Assembly (NCBI GenBank): GCA_000747625.2
Contig: JQDQ01000013.1
Span: forward strand, 1-56,382
Direction: 5' to 3'
Source: Smithella sp. SCADC
GTDB taxonomy: Bacteria > Desulfobacterota > Syntrophia > Syntrophales > Smithellaceae
DNA: 56,382 nt
In this document: piece by piece, positions 36,087-44,428 of the stretch
How the letters are laid out: the number at the start of each line of letters is the position of its first letter
How positions within the stretch are numbered: the first letter of the stretch is position 1
Position numbers and translations under genes: made by a program
The notes under the pieces: model-generated
Databases searched by the model: none
The model's input: only the letters and a program-made list of their open reading frames with translations
Told to the model about the DNA's origin: nothing

Positions 36087-36944
36087 TTAAACGGCACAGG
36101 GTGAATGGCGGCCGGGGAGTAATTCCATTTTGTATTTTCTTGCAGGCAGATTTTTAATATCAATTTTGTCTTTGATTGTCTTCAGCGGTACTATTTCTAT
36201 GTTCTGGCTTAGCGTTTTTTCCAAAAGTTCTCTGAATTGATTTTCAAAGAGGCCTCCTTCTACTTCGGCATGAACCGGCAAAACATGTGTTCCACCGTCT
36301 TTAAGAAGACCGGCAATAATCGAGATACCTTTTTGCGCATCAATTTCTTCAAAGCAAGGCAGGTCGGATGGTATCTCAGGAAGATTAGCTATTGCATGGA
36401 TAAAAGGAGTTTTGGCCCGCGTGCAACTCAGATATTCAAATTTATATTCCTTGATTATTGCCAGTACGCGGTCATTAATTGTCCATGAAGGCGCACCGAA
36501 AGCCGTTGGTTTCTTTCCAGTCAATTTTTCGAAGCCACTCATGCCTTTGACAAACCATTCACTAATCCATTTTTCTGATTTACGCGACAGATCATCTTGC
36601 CACCGGCGGTGATCCCAGGCGTGAAATTGAACTTCATGACCAGCGGCGATTATATCATTCACAATGTCAGGAAAGGAAAGCGCTATCATCGGCGCGGGAA
36701 GTAGTGTTCCATATAAAGCCGTTTTCCAGCCGTAAAGAGCGGGCGCGTTTGTCCGCATCATCTTCCTTAAAAATAGCGGATTCTTGATTAGCTGTAATGC
36801 GGCGCGGCCGGAATTATCCGGTCCGATGCTTAAGAAAAATGTTCCTTTCAAATTGAATTGTTTTAAGGTTTGCAAAAGAGAGGGCACGCCGTTTTTCATA
36901 CCCCAGTAGGTATCGACATCTATTTTTAATCCGAGCATCGGCAT
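36087..36944 (-). CDS. arnD: 4-deoxy-4-formamido-L-arabinose-phosphoundecaprenol deformylase (polysaccharide deacetylase family)
   Basis: 285 aa; LGLKIDVDTYWGMKNGVPSLL...FFLSIGPDNSGRA...LYGW...HAWDH..W. It is collinear with ArnD and is the last gene of the arn operon. Confidence 0.85.
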   Translation of the reverse strand: MPMLGLKIDVDTYWGMKNGVPSLLQTLKQFNLKGTFFLSIGPDNSGRAALQLIKNPLFLRKMMRTNAPALYGWKTALYGTLLPAPMIALSFPDIVNDIIAAGHEVQFHAWDHRRWQDDLSRKSEKWISEWFVKGMSGFEKLTGKKPTAFGAPSWTINDRVLAIIKEYKFEYLSCTRAKTPFIHAIANLPEIPSDLPCFEEIDAQKGISIIAGLLKDGGTHVLPVHAEVEGGLFENQFRELLEKTLSQNIEIVPLKTIKDKIDIKNLPARKYKMELLPGRHSPCAV

Positions 36945-36967
36945 AACTATTTTTCACCCTCACCCAA

Positions 36968-36988
36968 CCTCTCCCCTCAAGGGAGAGG
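36968..36988 (-). other. GC-rich intercistronic stem-loop between the arnA decarboxylase gene and arnD
   Basis: cctctccc-ctcaa-gggagagg, a perfect 8-bp stem with no U-tract after it on the minus strand. It belongs to the widespread ...SPLKGEG... type of intergenic palindrome. Confidence 0.5.
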
Positions 36989-37012
36989 AGCTAAAGGAAA
37001 GAAATATATAGA

Positions 37013-38047
37013 TTATATTTTGGCGTTTTTGTTTTCTTTCAGAAACGAATTAAGCGTTAGCCGCATGGATTCTTCCAATCCGATTTTCGGTTCCCAGTTT
37101 AAGAGCTTCCCCGCCTTTTCAATGCTGGGCTTGCGGGTGTAAATATCCTGATAACCCTTGCCGTAAAACGTATCCGCGGAAGTATCAATTATTTTGGAAT
37201 AGGTTTTATCGTTTCGATGATCGGGATGCTGTTTAAACAACTTTTTCAAAATCTGGGCCAGCTCTTTCACCGAACATTCGTTTTGGGGATTGCCGATGTT
37301 GATAATCTGGTTCTTGCAGACGTCATTTTTATTTTCCAGTATTTTCATCAGCGCGTCGATACCGTCGTCAACATAAGTAAAGCAGCGTTTCTGCGTTCCG
37401 CCGTCAACAAGATTTATCGGCCTTTTTAAGAACAGTTCTGCGATGAATTGCGTGACAACGCGCGAACTGCCTTCCTTGGCCGTATAGAGAGAATCGAGCC
37501 TGGGGCCTACCCAGTTAAACGGTCGAAACAAGGTAAACTCCAGATGACCTCTTGTGCCGTAGCCGTAAATCACGCGGTCCAGAAGCTGTTTGCAGCAGGA
37601 GTATATCCAGCGTTCCTTATTGATCGGGCCTACTACCAGAAAGCTTTCATCTTCTTTAAATTCCGGATCATTGCAGGCGCCGTATACTTCAGAGGTGGAG
37701 GGAAAGACAACGCGCTTGTGATATTTGACGCATTTCTTGATAATATCAACGTTCATCTCAAAATCTAGATTATACACGGCGATGGGATCTTCCACGTAAA
37801 GCTTCGGAGTGGCAATAGCCACCAGCGGCATGACGACATCGCATTTCTTGATTTGCAGTTCTATCCATTCCCGGTTGATGGCAATATCGCCTTCCATGAA
37901 ATGAAAATTAGGATTATTCAGAGATTTGCCCAGCCGGTCCGTTCCCAAATCCATCCCGTAGACTATCCAGTCTTTCTTTTTCGCCAGTATTCTGTTGACC
38001 AGATGGTGTCCGATAAATCCGTTCACACCAAGAATTAATATTTTCAT
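37013..38047 (-). CDS. arnA: UDP-glucuronate decarboxylase (oxidative, UDP-4-keto-pentose forming); stand-alone homologue of the ArnA C-terminal domain
   Basis: 344 aa; ILILGVNGFIGHHL...HFMEGDI......KKCDVVMPLVAIATP...FPSTSEVYG...WIYSCCKQLLDRVI..YG....FTLFRPFNW.GPRLD. It is very close to the ArnA dehydrogenase domain. Confidence 0.88.
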   Translation of the reverse strand: MKILILGVNGFIGHHLVNRILAKKKDWIVYGMDLGTDRLGKSLNNPNFHFMEGDIAINREWIELQIKKCDVVMPLVAIATPKLYVEDPIAVYNLDFEMNVDIIKKCVKYHKRVVFPSTSEVYGACNDPEFKEDESFLVVGPINKERWIYSCCKQLLDRVIYGYGTRGHLEFTLFRPFNWVGPRLDSLYTAKEGSSRVVTQFIAELFLKRPINLVDGGTQKRCFTYVDDGIDALMKILENKNDVCKNQIINIGNPQNECSVKELAQILKKLFKQHPDHRNDKTYSKIIDTSADTFYGKGYQDIYTRKPSIEKAGKLLNWEPKIGLEESMRLTLNSFLKENKNAKI

Positions 38048-38964
38048 TTTAGTTCTTTTACCTTTCCGCTTTCAAAATAGTTATTAATTTGTTCGCCTCT
38101 AAGGCGTTTCCCTTTCACTTCAATATCGAGGAACTTTATAGCATTTTTACCCGTTTGCACAAGAATTTCTTTGTCAGTAATAATTAATTTCCCCGGCATG
38201 AATACTTCTTTAGACACTACCGGTTCGGCCCACCAGATAATAATTTTTTCATCATTATCCAAGGAAGCAAAGGCTCCGGGATATGGTTGGGTGACTCCGC
38301 GAATCAAATTGTAAATTTCAACGGCTGATTTTTTCCAGTCAATGCGGCCATCCTCCGGACGTCTTCCGCCGTAATAACTGCCCTGACTCAAATCCTGCTT
38401 CTGCCGCGAATTTTGACCTTTTTTCATCAAAGGCAGCACGTCGTCCAGAAGTTCCTTTGCCGCCCCGCAGAGCTTACCGTTCAAGGTTTTAGCAGTATCG
38501 GAGACGTCTATCACGACCGGCTTCCGGCCGACAATGTCTCCGGCGTCCGGTTTTTCGATCATATAATGCAGTGTTACGCCGGTTTGTTTCTCACCGTTGA
38601 TGATTACCCAGTTGACCGGACATCTCCCCCGGTAATAAGGCAAATATGAGCCATGCAGATTAAAAGCTCCCGCACGAGGCAGATCAAGGATTTTCTGACA
38701 GATCATTTTCCGGTAATAGAAAGAAAATATTATATCGGGATTCATCGCCGCTATCTTCGCGATCCAATCAGGCGAATTGACTTTTTCCGTTGTATATACC
38801 GCGATATTTTTCTGACCGGCCCAGTTCTTAACCGAACCGAACCAGCAATTTTCACCGGGATCATCTTCATGAGTAAACACAGCCGCTATATCGTAACCGT
38901 GACGCGACAGAGCGTCCAAACCGGTAAGGCCCATGTTGTGATAAGCAAACACAACCGTTTTCAT
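38044..38964 (-). CDS. arnA: UDP-4-amino-4-deoxy-L-arabinose formyltransferase; stand-alone homologue of the ArnA N-terminal domain
   Basis: The start was moved to ATG 38962-38964 (MKTVVFAYHNMG...); the track uses a GTG at 38979. FSFYYR......L......AFNLHGS.LP.YRGR.P.NWV..NGE..TGVTLH.M....DAG.I. Confidence 0.88.
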   Translation of the reverse strand: MKTVVFAYHNMGLTGLDALSRHGYDIAAVFTHEDDPGENCWFGSVKNWAGQKNIAVYTTEKVNSPDWIAKIAAMNPDIIFSFYYRKMICQKILDLPRAGAFNLHGSYLPYYRGRCPVNWVIINGEKQTGVTLHYMIEKPDAGDIVGRKPVVIDVSDTAKTLNGKLCGAAKELLDDVLPLMKKGQNSRQKQDLSQGSYYGGRRPEDGRIDWKKSAVEIYNLIRGVTQPYPGAFASLDNDEKIIIWWAEPVVSKEVFMPGKLIITDKEILVQTGKNAIKFLDIEVKGKRLRGEQINNYFESGKVKELK

Positions 38965-38975
38965 ATTAATATTTC

Positions 38976-39917
38976 TCACTGATTATTAGTGTGCACTTTT
39001 TCTATAACATATTCCGGCCGCTTGCGGGCTTCCACATAAATGCGGCCGATATATTCGCCGATAACTCCCAGAGCAAAAAATTGCATGCCGACGAACACGA
39101 ATAAAACGGCAAACAGCGTGAATATTCCATCCGCCGCCCATCTTGCGCCGTAAGCCAGTCTGGCGACGGCCAGAAAGATACCGAAACAGACGCCCAGAAA
39201 AGACATGATGATTCCGCCGTACATGATCAGCTTCATCGGAAAATCAGAAAACGACGCCACAAGATCGAACTGAAGGTTGATCAGTTTACTCAGGGGATAA
39301 CTGGACTTGCCGCCGTATCTTTCTTCATGTTCCACTTCTATTTCTGCGATACGTTTAGCGAAAACCGTCGCCAGCGCCGGAATAAATGTGGCGTGTTCAT
39401 GGCATTGAATCATTCTCTCCACTACGGTACTGCGATAGGCGCGCAGCATGCATCCCCAGTCACGCATGCTGACTCCCGTAATCTTTCGGGCAACGATATT
39501 AATTACTTTTGAAGGAAGGATTCTCAGGAAAGAATCTTTACGCCCTTTTCTTATCGAACCGACAACATCATAGTTGCCCTCTTCCATAAGCTTGACGAGT
39601 TTCGGTATTTCTTCAGGAGGATTCTGTAAATCGGCATCCATCGTAATAATAATATCAGCGTTAACAACCGAAAAACCGGCCATAATGGCCGAGTGCTGAC
39701 CGTAATTGCGGGTCAGTTCCACCACCTTTACATGTTCGTCCTTCGTAAAGCTTTTGAGAATTTCCAGAGAATCATCATGACTCCCGTCATCAATAAGGAT
39801 TATCTCAAAGGTTTTATTCATGCCCTGCATTACCGGCATCAGCCGCTTCATCAAGGCAGACAGATTCGCTTCTTCATTATAAACGGGGATGACTACTGCC
39901 ACCTGAGCTTTACCCAT
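38976..39917 (-). CDS. arnC: Undecaprenyl-phosphate 4-deoxy-4-formamido-L-arabinose transferase (GT2)
   Basis: 313 aa; VVIPVYNEE..L..L..R.........EI.LIDDGS.D.S...L... plus two C-terminal TM helices. Confidence 0.88.
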   Translation of the reverse strand: MGKAQVAVVIPVYNEEANLSALMKRLMPVMQGMNKTFEIILIDDGSHDDSLEILKSFTKDEHVKVVELTRNYGQHSAIMAGFSVVNADIIITMDADLQNPPEEIPKLVKLMEEGNYDVVGSIRKGRKDSFLRILPSKVINIVARKITGVSMRDWGCMLRAYRSTVVERMIQCHEHATFIPALATVFAKRIAEIEVEHEERYGGKSSYPLSKLINLQFDLVASFSDFPMKLIMYGGIIMSFLGVCFGIFLAVARLAYGARWAADGIFTLFAVLFVFVGMQFFALGVIGEYIGRIYVEARKRPEYVIEKVHTNNQ

Positions 39918-41061
39918 TTTTTATAATCTCCTTTATTGCTTTACAGACATACTCTACATCTTTTTCCCGCATATCCGGAAACAAAGGCAACGAAATAATC
40001 TTTTGCGCAGCAAGATCGGTTTCCGGAAGCAGACCAATATTATCCGCATACCCTGCTTTTATATAGTTTAAGGCATGAGCCGGCGGGAAATGCAGACCGT
40101 ATCCGATATTGTAATCGGATAATCTATTCATGAACTCATCCCGATTCACGGCATGAACCTTTATCACAAAAAGATGCCACGCATGGGTGTGATCATATGC
40201 CGGAACTTCAGGCAAATCAATACCGGAAATATCCTTGAGGCCTTCCAGATAAAGTTGAGCCAGCCCGGTACGCTTTTGATTAAACTCCTGCCAGCGCTCC
40301 ATTTGCGCCAATCCCAGCGCGGCCAGCACATCCGGCATATTATATTTATATCCGGGTGCTGCAATATCGTACGACGGATTGCCGCCTTTGCCGTATCTTT
40401 TCCAGGCGTCTCTTTCGATTCCATGAAATCTCAGCAGCCGCAATTTCTTTTCCAGCGCGGCATCGTTCAAGGTGACCATTCCGCCTTCGCCGGTGGTTAT
40501 ATTTTTTATCGGATGGAAAGAAAAGATAGCCGTGTGACCGAAACCGCCGGTGTGAATTCCTTTATAGTAAGTCCCTACGGCATGAGCGGCATCTTCGATA
40601 ACAGTTAAATTATATTTGCGCGCCAGATTATTTATCTTATCCATATTAGCGGGAGCTCCGGCGAAATGCACCGGAATAATCGCTCTTGTTCTCTTGGTGA
40701 TTTTCTCCTCAATCAAATTAGTATTAATATTCAGTGTACCGTAATCAATATCGACAAATACCGGTTTCGCGCCGCTTAATGCGATCATGTTTACCGTGGA
40801 GGCAAACGTCATCGACGGCGTGATGATTTCATCACCCGGGCCAATATTCAGCGCGGATAAAGTAATATGCATCCCGGCTGTGGCGGAATTAAGAGATACC
40901 GCCAGCGTGGAACCTGAAAGCTTGCAGAAGTTATCCTCAAATTCCTTAGAAAGCACGCCTGTCGTAATCCATCCTGATTTTAAACAGGCGGTCACTTTAT
41001 TTATTTCGCTCTTGCCGATTGACGGACGGCTAAATGGCAAAAATTTTTTTCTTACTTTCAA
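39910..41061 (-). CDS. arnB: UDP-4-amino-4-deoxy-L-arabinose--oxoglutarate aminotransferase (DegT/DnrJ/EryC1 family)
   Basis: 383 aa; FLPFSRPSIG..E......L.SGW.TTG.....FE......G......NSATAG.H......FSFH.IKN.T..EGG. Confidence 0.88.
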   Translation of the reverse strand: MKVRKKFLPFSRPSIGKSEINKVTACLKSGWITTGVLSKEFEDNFCKLSGSTLAVSLNSATAGMHITLSALNIGPGDEIITPSMTFASTVNMIALSGAKPVFVDIDYGTLNINTNLIEEKITKRTRAIIPVHFAGAPANMDKINNLARKYNLTVIEDAAHAVGTYYKGIHTGGFGHTAIFSFHPIKNITTGEGGMVTLNDAALEKKLRLLRFHGIERDAWKRYGKGGNPSYDIAAPGYKYNMPDVLAALGLAQMERWQEFNQKRTGLAQLYLEGLKDISGIDLPEVPAYDHTHAWHLFVIKVHAVNRDEFMNRLSDYNIGYGLHFPPAHALNYIKAGYADNIGLLPETDLAAQKIISLPLFPDMREKDVEYVCKAIKEIIKNG

Positions 41062-41074
41062 CGATCATCCTTTT

Positions 41075-42790
41075 TTAATTTTTTATATGAAGCAGATAAA
41101 ACGCTTTATTATCCCAGAGTACTTCCGTTGCAGAAAATTTTTTAGTAATCTCCAATAATTTTTCCTTACGCCGTGTAATGCAATATATATCTTTTTTATC
41201 TTCGCACAACTTAAAAAATTCATCCACGGAGAGGAAGTAATGTTTCTTTTCTTCCCCGGGCATCTTGGCAATACCCTCCGCTAATTCGCCAAAATCTTCA
41301 ACAATCGGTGTTCTTATTTTATTATAAAAATCAATGCCGTAAAAATTTACCCGATATTGATATAAATCTCTATCCTGCGGCACATACCTGGCAATTGCCT
41401 CCCCGGCCACTTTAGCGCTGCGGTAAGGCCCCAGGAAATCATTAATGGGGAAAAGCAGGCTGCCCAGCAACACTGCACAGAGAATATATATGCTGAAAAA
41501 CCAGCCCTTCTTGAATTTTTTATAAATTAAATCCGGCAGGAAAGTCATTAGAAACAGGACAATTAAGGGAACTGCGATATACAGCCACCACTTGTCGGAA
41601 ATCACAATAATAACTTCTTTCTTTAGAATGAGAATCGCAAAAATAATATCATTCTTTAGAATGGCATATTTTTTCAAGATCGGCGGCAGAATCAAAGCAA
41701 TAAATAGAATTAAAGACTGTAAAATAATCGCCAGCCGATAAATTATATTTCGCCATTTTTTTTGTTCCGCCGGCATTTCTTCTTCATACCTTTTGAATAT
41801 AGATCCCGCGAAAAGAGATAATGGTAAAAACACAGGGGTAATGTAAGGTATCAATTTGGATGAAGAGACGGTATAAAAAGCAAAAATCAACAAGAACCAG
41901 GTAATAAGAAATTTATTTTCATCTCTGGTGAATAATGACTCCGTAATGTATTTATTCTTCCAGGCTTTGATTAAATAAAAGATCCAGGGGATTAATCCGG
42001 CGGCAATTATGGGCAGATAGAAATAAAATGGGGCTTCTTTATGGTGCATCTTTGTCGTAAAACGCAAAAAATGCTCGCGAACAAAAAAGAACCACAAAAA
42101 ATCAGGATTTTCTCTTTGAGCCATTATTAACCAGGGACAAACAACCGCTAAAAATATTAATATGCCCACAGGTGAAAAAAACTTCCATATTTCCCGCCAT
42201 CGTCCAACCCAGATAAGCCAGACAATCAAAATTCCAGACGGAAAGAGAACGCCGATGAGGCCTTTTGTTAGAAAGGCCAGAGCGCAGGAAAAATAAAATA
42301 AATAAAGGAAATATTGAGGCGATTGTTTTTGTAAAGCCAGATAACCAAACCACGCGGAAAGGCACACAAAAAAAGTAAGTGGAATATCCAGAAGATTGAG
42401 ATGACCCAATATAAAGGGCAGAAGAGAAATCGTCAACAGCATCGCCGCATACAGGCCTGTCTTTTCATCGCGGAAATGCCTGCCCATGAAATAAGCAAGC
42501 AAAATACAGCCCCAGGCACATAAAGCTGCAAAAAGACGGGCTGCAAAATCGTTTTCACCCAATATTTTAAATAGTATTGCCGTCGCCCAGGAAACCAAGG
42601 GAGGCTTTTCCAGATAAATTGTATTTTTTATATGCGGCGTGACATAATTTCCGGACTGATTCATGGCGCTGGCAATCAGGCTGTAGCGGGCCTCATCCGG
42701 TTCCATTTGCGGCATAACCGAAAGCAAACAGATATAAAGAATAAAGGGTATTAAAAATAATATATACTTTTTTTGCATGATGCTTCTCAT
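41075..42790 (-). CDS. arnT: Undecaprenyl phosphate-alpha-L-Ara4N:lipid A transferase-like glycosyltransferase (GT83 / PMT_2)
   Basis: 571 aa with more than 10 TM segments. The N-terminal block EPDEARYSLIASAMNQSGNYVTPH...YLEKPPL is typical of the ArnT/PMT family. It is the first gene of the arn block. Confidence 0.8.
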   Translation of the reverse strand: MRSIMQKKYILFLIPFILYICLLSVMPQMEPDEARYSLIASAMNQSGNYVTPHIKNTIYLEKPPLVSWATAILFKILGENDFAARLFAALCAWGCILLAYFMGRHFRDEKTGLYAAMLLTISLLPFILGHLNLLDIPLTFFVCLSAWFGYLALQKQSPQYFLYLFYFSCALAFLTKGLIGVLFPSGILIVWLIWVGRWREIWKFFSPVGILIFLAVVCPWLIMAQRENPDFLWFFFVREHFLRFTTKMHHKEAPFYFYLPIIAAGLIPWIFYLIKAWKNKYITESLFTRDENKFLITWFLLIFAFYTVSSSKLIPYITPVFLPLSLFAGSIFKRYEEEMPAEQKKWRNIIYRLAIILQSLILFIALILPPILKKYAILKNDIIFAILILKKEVIIVISDKWWLYIAVPLIVLFLMTFLPDLIYKKFKKGWFFSIYILCAVLLGSLLFPINDFLGPYRSAKVAGEAIARYVPQDRDLYQYRVNFYGIDFYNKIRTPIVEDFGELAEGIAKMPGEEKKHYFLSVDEFFKLCEDKKDIYCITRRKEKLLEITKKFSATEVLWDNKAFYLLHIKN

Positions 42791-42792
42791 TT

Positions 42793-43040
42793 TTATTTCA
42801 CGGTTAAATTAATTTGCTTCCGGTCAAAAAAATATTTTACAGCCATAGTCAGCAATATGCCGATACCGGCTCCGGCAATAACATCGCTCAAATAATGCGA
42901 AGTTAAAATTATTCTACTGATACCCACCGCACCCGCAACGACGAATAACGTCGTATACCCCGACGCGGGAAAAGAATAGTTAACGCAGCAGCAAGAGCGA
43001 ACACTGTTTGCGCATGGCCGGAAGAGAAAGATGTTAATTC
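42793..43040 (-). pseudogene. PAP2 (acid phosphatase / lipid phosphatase) C-terminal relic with an internal frameshift and no start codon
   Basis: The reverse strand reads SFSSGHAQTVFALAAALTILFPRRG, then shifts frame at a G4 run, then reads YTTLFVVAGAVGISRIILTSHYLSDVIAGAGIG...TVK*. PAP2 motifs 2 and 3 (SGH, SR....H...D) are present and motif 1 (KxxxxxxRP) is absent. The stop is 2 nt before the arnT ATG. Confidence 0.7.
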
Positions 43041-43046
43041 ATATTG

Positions 43047-44276
43047 TTAGCTTTGGGCATTAATTTTCTCTAACTCCGGCTGGATAGTTTTAAACACCTG
43101 CGCAGGTTTTATAACTTTAAGACAGACATTATCAATGCACGCTGTTTTGCGATGGTTTGAAGCGCTGACACAGGGCGAACAAGCCAAACCGGCATAAATC
43201 GGCGTAGTCTTACCCAGTGATCCGTAAAGAGCCGGTGTTTCCGGACCGAAGATCACAAAGGCCGGCATATCTGTTATCGCGGCAAAATGCGGTGGTCCGG
43301 AATCATTGGTAACCATCAATTCTGAAACACTGTAGAGCAAAGGAAGTTCGGCAAATTTTACCTTTCCAGCGAAATTGACACATCGGTCACTCTGCCCCTG
43401 CTCCTTGAGCCGCTGGGCCTCTTCCCTTTCGCGCGGATCGCCGGTAATTAAGACGATCGCCCGTGGACAGTACTCCAGAATCATTTTTATCAATTGCGCG
43501 TAATTTTCCCGGGGCCAGCGCCGCTGGATAAGCAGTTCACTGGCATTGGGATTAATCAAAACGATTTTATTCTTGACGGGATCGAATTTTTCAAAACATC
43601 CACAAACAATATCAATAACCGTCTTCTTCTCATCAGCGGAATATCTAACTTTAGCAAGACGTATTTCATCGTCTTCAATCTTCGTCTTGGAGTAAGGAAT
43701 TTCTTCCTGCGGCGACATGAGCGCGTTGACCAGAGCAATAAAATTTTTTGCGATATGAATGTGGGGATTATAAGCGACTTTATGCGACAAAAAATCTCCC
43801 CGGTAAAGTCCTTCATTGTAATAAGCGTGAAACCCCACTTTGTAAGGAGCGCCGCTAAAGCCGGTAAGCAGTGCTGTAACCCTGGAAAAAAGCTCCAAAT
43901 CAATTACCGCATCGATTTTTCTTTTTCTCGTCCAATAAAAGAATTTTATTCCATCCAGCGCCAACGAAAGAAAATTGTCCTCACGGATTGTGTAGATGTT
44001 TTCCTGCGGAACTGTGCTTAATAAATCGAGACTTGGTTTATTTTTTTTGAAAATAGCAAAATGAAGGTTGGCGCCTGCTTCTTTTTGCAGTTTTCTCATT
44101 GCCGGATCAACTAAAATAGCGCTGCCCATTTCCGACAATTCGATAAAAAGAACGTTTTCCGGCGCTTTTTTATCGTGCTTGATTAACAATTTTATAATTT
44201 TTTGACACAAAGAACCTAAAAAACAAAGAGGAACGCCGGCGTAATAATCAATATGGCGCATTGTATCAACTTTCAT
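43047..44276 (-). CDS. Glycosyltransferase family 9 (LPS heptosyltransferase-like)
   Basis: The track ORF uses a TTG at 44408. I trimmed it to ATG 44274-44276 (MKVDTMRHIDYY...). The C-terminal block LMVTNDSGPPHFAAITDMPAFVIFGPETP...CSPC....H....C is typical of GT9. Confidence 0.8.
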   Translation of the reverse strand: MKVDTMRHIDYYAGVPLCFLGSLCQKIIKLLIKHDKKAPENVLFIELSEMGSAILVDPAMRKLQKEAGANLHFAIFKKNKPSLDLLSTVPQENIYTIREDNFLSLALDGIKFFYWTRKRKIDAVIDLELFSRVTALLTGFSGAPYKVGFHAYYNEGLYRGDFLSHKVAYNPHIHIAKNFIALVNALMSPQEEIPYSKTKIEDDEIRLAKVRYSADEKKTVIDIVCGCFEKFDPVKNKIVLINPNASELLIQRRWPRENYAQLIKMILEYCPRAIVLITGDPREREEAQRLKEQGQSDRCVNFAGKVKFAELPLLYSVSELMVTNDSGPPHFAAITDMPAFVIFGPETPALYGSLGKTTPIYAGLACSPCVSASNHRKTACIDNVCLKVIKPAQVFKTIQPELEKINAQS

Positions 44277-44428
44277 AGAATTATCCTTTTTCAAAAGAAG
44301 GAAGAATAAAAATAACGGATTAATATAGGAAAAATGTTTGCAACTGTCAATAAATGAATGCTTTTGATGTTTTGCTTGAGAAAACTTAGCAATACGTGCT
44401 ATTTTCAAGAAAAAAAGTTGACGATCAA

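Noticed and set aside
31332-43046. Calling the 31-43 kb region a compositional (GC-rich) genomic island.
   Set aside because: Hand counts of individual 60-nt lines gave 52% (plsC), 48-53% (arnA/arnB), 37% (arnT), 42% (proS) and 50% (secA). The ranges overlap too much for a by-eye claim. It needs a computed sliding-window GC or k-mer analysis.
44277-44428. TTG-initiated extensions of the GT9 gene (to 44408) and of lptF (from 44396) that overlap each other divergently.
   Set aside because: Both extensions lack homology and would eliminate the divergent promoter region. Good ATG starts exist at 44276 (MKVDTMRHIDYY) and 44429 (MRKIINRYIFKEI).
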